Both the position numbers and the translations under genes were made by a program. From Geobacter metallireducens GS-15 (lineage in GTDB: Bacteria > Desulfobacterota > Desulfuromonadia > Geobacterales > Geobacteraceae), in assembly GCF_000012925.1 (NCBI RefSeq), contig NC_007517.1, positions 3,000,001 to 3,032,000 of the forward strand: a DNA stretch of 32,000 nucleotides, given 5' to 3'. Every line of letters starts with the position of its first letter. Within the stretch, counting starts at the first letter, position 1. Below, one piece after another: positions 31,508 to 32,000 of this stretch. The notes below the pieces were generated by a model, which did no database searches, was not told the origin of the DNA, and worked only from the letters and a program-made list of their open reading frames with translations.

Positions 31508-32000
31508 TTAGAGGTACTTGCCGATGATCAGGTCGAGCCGCTCCCTGGCCTCGGCGGGAATGGCGCTGCGGTCGGTGATGATGGCGTAGGTGAGGGCCGA
31601 GGCGCAGGGGCACGCCCGCTCGGCGGAGATCCGCTTCACGGCGTGGCCGATGATGGACTTTGACATGGCGACGTTCTGCCGAATGATTGCCAGGATAGCA
31701 TCCACCGAGACATCGTCGTGGGACTCGTGCCAGCAGTCGTAATCGGTGGAGAGGGCGATGACCCCGTAGCAGATCTCGGCCTCCCGGGCCAGTTTCGCCT
31801 CGGGGATGTTCGTCATGCCGATGACCGAGACGCCGAAGGAGCGGTAGAGGTTCGACTCGGCCCGGGTTGAGAATGCCGGCCCCTCCATGCAGATATAGGT
31901 CCCTCCCCGGTGAACGGTTGCTCCGGCGGCCAAGGCCGCCTCGTACAGCCAGCCGGAGAGATCGGCGCAGACCGGGTCGGCGAACTGCACGTGGGCCACC
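31508..32000 (-). CDS. mtnP: S-methyl-5'-thioadenosine phosphorylase, C-terminal ~164 codons (5' end beyond the window)
   Basis: GGTYICMEGPAFSTRAESNLYRSFGVSVIGMTNIPEAKLAREAEICYGVIALSTDYDCW is the conserved MTAP/PNP-family core. The GTG at 31999 shown in the track is not the real start, because the family is ~290 aa. Confidence 0.85.
   Translation of the reverse strand, partial: VAHVQFADPVCADLSGWLYEAALAAGATVHRGGTYICMEGPAFSTRAESNLYRSFGVSVIGMTNIPEAKLAREAEICYGVIALSTDYDCWHESHDDVSVDAILAIIRQNVAMSKSIIGHAVKRISAERACPCASALTYAIITDRSAIPAEARERLDLIIGKYL

Overview
GC-rich bacterial chromosomal window. Gene content and style suggest Geobacter/Desulfuromonadota, but that is only an impression. Coding density is very high and almost everything is on the minus strand. 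I found no rRNA, tRNA, CRISPR array, transposase or integrase.

The window has three parts.

(A) 1-16327: about 16 kb of co-directional, tightly packed genes on the minus strand, several with ATGA start/stop overlaps. Most products carry Sec-type signal peptides and are built from interaction modules:
- three ankyrin-repeat proteins
- two paralogous TPR + PDZ-like proteins; the complete copy ends in a thioredoxin domain, the other is truncated at the window edge
- Q/E/K-rich coiled-coil proteins
- a PDZ domain
- a possible permuted papain-like domain
- a textbook Kunitz/BPTI protease-inhibitor domain

Two cytoplasmic enzymes sit directly next to the Kunitz gene: a radical SAM/SPASM enzyme and a SAM methyltransferase-TPR fusion. 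This is my best candidate for an undescribed system. I interpret it as an envelope or secreted scaffold/protease-control module with protein-level maturation.

(B) 16328-18243: a small accessory-looking islet. It holds an AAA ATPase + DUF234 (PD-(D/E)xK-like) gene on the plus strand, followed by a truncated nuclease-domain remnant.

(C) 18244-32000: ordinary housekeeping and signalling genes. These are a PaaI thioesterase, a PhnA-like Zn-ribbon protein, a family-4 UDG, a Zn-PLC/S1-P1-like protein, coaBC, an MBL hydrolase, a YhaM-like HD nuclease, an FAD protein, a receiver-histidine kinase, Usp, a CheY-like receiver, a ZnR-GAF protein, rodZ, a pilW-like TPR lipoprotein, a PfkB kinase and partial mtnP. 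Two highly structured repeat-containing intergenic elements and a shared 14-mer upstream motif also lie here.

All functional calls come from motifs I read in the translations. No database search was run.
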